From a bacterium (lineage in GTDB: Bacteria; Muiribacteriota; Ozemobacteria; Ozemobacterales; Ozemobacteraceae), in assembly GCA_016192885.1 (NCBI GenBank), contig JACPTH010000181.1:1-36223 (forward strand): a stretch of DNA of 36,223 nt, given 5' to 3'. Shown piece after piece: positions 33,803-36,223 of the stretch (positions are counted from its first letter, which is position 1; every line of letters begins with the position of its first letter). A program made the position numbers and the translations under genes. The notes beneath the pieces were generated by a model, which was not told the DNA's origin, did no database searches, and saw nothing but the letters and a program-made list of their open reading frames with translations.

Positions 33803-34648
33803 CTAAGCATATCGAAAATCCACGGGGAAAAACGGATTTTTCCTTAAAAACTCGAAGTCAAAAATTTTTGATAAAGTTCTTAAAAGCTCCTGAGTAATTC
33901 TGTGCTCAGGGTGAATTTGAAAACATCGTCCAAGTTCAGGTTCAATTTTTTCCAAAATTTGAGCTGTGGAAGACTTGGACTTTTGACAAAGTAAAACTCG
34001 GCTCTTAATAAGATTGCTTAAAATTCGCAAAGACGCAGGGGCTTCATTGATCGCAAGTTCCAACCACCGAATACTTCCTTCAAGATTTCCCCTAAGTTTT
34101 TCTATTTCCTCTATATTATTCATGGCCAACGCCGAATGAGGATTTAATGACAGCTCCTCTTGAAAAAATCGAACGGCATTAAAACGATTTTCATTGAAAG
34201 AAAAACCAGCCAAAGCAAGCTTTTGATAGGCTACCCCAATATTGAAGGCGACTTGGTGGAGGTTGGGGTTTTTCTTCCTAAGAATACAAAGAATTTCGAG
34301 GGCATTTTCGAATTTGCATTCATCCATTAAAGAAACGGCTTTTTCAAGAATGCCTGAATCGTCAATGTACCCTTCCATTGGAACTACCGCAAAAGGCGCG
34401 AAATCGGGAAGAAGGAAAAACGCCAAATTAAATCGGCCCTTTGAGCGTTCTAAGCAGTCATAAAAACTTTTTATTCCATCATTAACCAACGTAAATTTAA
34501 TCTCGATGTCCTCTTCAAGGCAAACATTGGTTAAACGTAAAAGATCTTTCTCAAAGGGTCCAATTGGATTTTTCATTGCATTTGCGAAGTCTTTTTTTAA
34601 CCGTAACTCAAAAATATTTCCTTTCTTGGAGCTTGAGAGCGGAAGCAT
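33803..34648 (-). CDS. TPR-containing hypothetical protein
   Basis: 281-aa ORF with TPR-like repeats (ALEILCILRKKNPNLHQVAFNIGVAYQKL; AVRFFQEELSLNPHSALAMNNIEEI; SIRWLELAINEAP). It overlaps the upstream gene by 41 nt. The start is uncertain. Confidence 0.6.
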   Translation of the reverse strand: MLPLSSSKKGNIFELRLKKDFANAMKNPIGPFEKDLLRLTNVCLEEDIEIKFTLVNDGIKSFYDCLERSKGRFNLAFFLLPDFAPFAVVPMEGYIDDSGILEKAVSLMDECKFENALEILCILRKKNPNLHQVAFNIGVAYQKLALAGFSFNENRFNAVRFFQEELSLNPHSALAMNNIEEIEKLRGNLEGSIRWLELAINEAPASLRILSNLIKSRVLLCQKSKSSTAQILEKIEPELGRCFQIHPEHRITQELLRTLSKIFDFEFLRKNPFFPVDFRYA

Positions 34649-36140
34649 GTTTTTGATTTGTACAAATCCCGATCAAGGGGGCGGATAAATGCTTAGGATC
34701 ATCAAAAAACAATGCGATCGGGAAACTTTCAGGTCCAAAAGGAAACGAATTTTCCGAACATATGTTGGCAATCAGGGATTTTTCCAACGATTTTTCAAGA
34801 TTCGATACGACATTTTTCTCAATTTCGAATTCGGATATTGCCATTTGAAGCGGCTGTATTTTCGAATTTTCTTGGGTTTCCGAGATCGAATCAACTGGCA
34901 ATTTCTCATTTAGAAGGGTTTTCAAAAAATCATCGTCGAGGCGAAGCGCTCTTCCTACTTTCATTAACAGGCTGGTCTCCGCTTCTTCGATCTTTCCGTC
35001 TTCAAGTATTTTTACAAAGACTCTTCTCAAAAAGCGTTCAGGTTGAAAACTGGTGCTCACGGGGGGGAATTTACCCGCCTTTAATTCTTCGGAAACCTGG
35101 ATAAACAAGCTTTGGTAAGTGTCATACGGGATTTCCAGAAAATCTCTTAGATCATGGAGAATAGCTTGTTCGCTTGAGGTAAGAATATCGTCTCCAAGAA
35201 TTTCAATAAGAGCTTGCCTATAAATTTCATTTACGTCCAGAGATTTTGAATTGCGAAAAAGTTTTCGGCTTAAATCAGCGGGAAAAGTGCCATCGGATTC
35301 CAGACGTTTGAGGATTTCTTCAATAAACTTCTGAAATCGCGAGCCATCAGATTTATGGAAATGTTTTGTAAAAAATTCAAGCAAATTCTTCTTCTTAAAA
35401 TTATCCGAACTGAAAAAAGAATCTTTAAGCGTTGGAAGAAAACAGGTAAGAAGGGAAAGGCTTTCAAGAAGATCTTGGTAATATGATGCAAGTGAAAGAC
35501 ACTCATGAAGAAGCGAAAAAAACAATTCTTCACGGTGATTTTTAGCAAGGTAAACCAGTTTTATCATGGAGTCCCGGATGAAAAATTCCAAGAAAGCCGT
35601 ATTTGATCGCATTGCCGCCCATTTTTGGAATCCCGGGGAAGGGAAAAGGGTTTCGATTGCCGAAACGTGGATTTTATAAAGGTTCTCCCAGGCAACTATT
35701 CGGCGGTTCCATTGATCAAAATAGCTAACGCAAAAAATATCCTGAATTTGAAAAAGCTTCCGGACGTGACGGGAGAATTCATCAAGATCCGCATGAAATG
35801 ACGCAAATTGAACGAATAGTTCAAGAAGCTCAAAATATGCGGGGAAGATTTTTCTGGAATCTTCTAAACTTAGTTGAAGGGCGACTGCAAAAGCATTTCC
35901 CACTACATCTAACTCTGATTTAGTCTTGATGGTTTTGGAAAGATCCAGAGTTTTAATTTTTTCAAGAAGGAAATTCGCTTCGGCGTCATTTTCATCAATA
36001 AGAGCTTGAAACAAATGGTTAAATTGCGGTCTAAATCGGCTTGGAAGCATTGTAAGGGCGGAAAATGGATCTAGGCGGAAAACCGAAAACATCTTCGAAA
36101 CGGTTGGGTGGGAAGAAAAAAGCTCCGCTTTTTCCGTCAT
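34608..36140 (-). CDS. hypothetical helical protein with two TerB-like motifs near the C-terminus
   Basis: 510-aa ORF. Its ATG overlaps the stop of an upstream partial ORF (ATGA). The segments GDDILTSSEQAILHDLRDFLEIP and LEDGKIEEAETSLLMKVGRALRLDDDFL resemble the DG.i...E...L pattern of TerB/DjlA-N type domains. This is a weak inference. Confidence 0.6.
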   Translation of the reverse strand: MTEKAELFSSHPTVSKMFSVFRLDPFSALTMLPSRFRPQFNHLFQALIDENDAEANFLLEKIKTLDLSKTIKTKSELDVVGNAFAVALQLSLEDSRKIFPAYFELLELFVQFASFHADLDEFSRHVRKLFQIQDIFCVSYFDQWNRRIVAWENLYKIHVSAIETLFPSPGFQKWAAMRSNTAFLEFFIRDSMIKLVYLAKNHREELFFSLLHECLSLASYYQDLLESLSLLTCFLPTLKDSFFSSDNFKKKNLLEFFTKHFHKSDGSRFQKFIEEILKRLESDGTFPADLSRKLFRNSKSLDVNEIYRQALIEILGDDILTSSEQAILHDLRDFLEIPYDTYQSLFIQVSEELKAGKFPPVSTSFQPERFLRRVFVKILEDGKIEEAETSLLMKVGRALRLDDDFLKTLLNEKLPVDSISETQENSKIQPLQMAISEFEIEKNVVSNLEKSLEKSLIANICSENSFPFGPESFPIALFFDDPKHLSAPLIGICTNQKHASALKLQERKYF

Positions 36141-36223
36141 ATTACAGGCTCAAGAATCTTTTTCAAAACTTGGTAATTTCCTTTCCAGTCCGGCTTAATG
36201 CCTTGGGGCCCCCCATCTAGGCG
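36137..36223 (-). CDS. 3' end of an unidentified gene running off the window
   Basis: My minus-strand translation gives 28 open codons from the window edge (RLDGGPQGIKPDWKGNYQVLKKILEPVI) and a TGA that overlaps the next ATG. This is a translational-coupling arrangement. Confidence 0.35.
   Translation of the reverse strand, partial: RLDGGPQGIKPDWKGNYQVLKKILEPVI

Overview
AT-leaning bacterial chromosomal window, probably from an uncultivated anaerobe. No organism can be assigned from sequence alone. Recognisable housekeeping genes are argF, a DedA-family protein, tgt, aroQ, cspA, a cyclophilin PPIase, a radical SAM protein, an O-antigen-ligase/TPR protein, and tRNA-Gln plus tRNA-Glu. Three accessory blocks sit between them.
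(1) 3.65-12.03 kb: a tightly coupled five-gene operon. It encodes a 921-aa Hsp70/actin-fold (ASKHA) ATPase of the SrfB type and an 827-aa GTPase with dynamin-style G motifs (SrfC type). With them are a possible GrpE-like protein, a single-pass membrane protein with a Gly/Ser-rich spacer, and a small membrane protein. The family has no established function, so this is my best candidate for an undescribed system.
(2) 19.7-24.8 kb: a block next to the tRNAs. It contains a C-terminally truncated AI-2E permease abutting tRNA-Gln, a hicAB pair with a frameshift in each gene, and a G+C-richer trio. The trio is a Cys-repeat/coiled-coil/glycine-zipper protein, a double-zinc-ribbon protein and a zinc-ribbon-RDD membrane protein.
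(3) 26.3-33.5 kb: a bacterial microcompartment (BMC) locus whose enzyme set matches the sugar-phosphate-utilisation (SPU) class. It holds a TIM-like fragment, PduL, BMC-H, BMC-P, an acylating aldehyde dehydrogenase, a PduS/RnfC-like Fe-S protein, a PduT-like BMC-T, RpiB and DeoB. The aldehyde dehydrogenase carries an internal deletion plus frameshift, and no DERA (deoC) is present in the window.
A minus-strand operon of unknown function (TerB-like plus TPR) closes the window. No CRISPR array, integrase, transposase or rRNA was seen. All homology calls come from motif recognition by eye. No searches were run.
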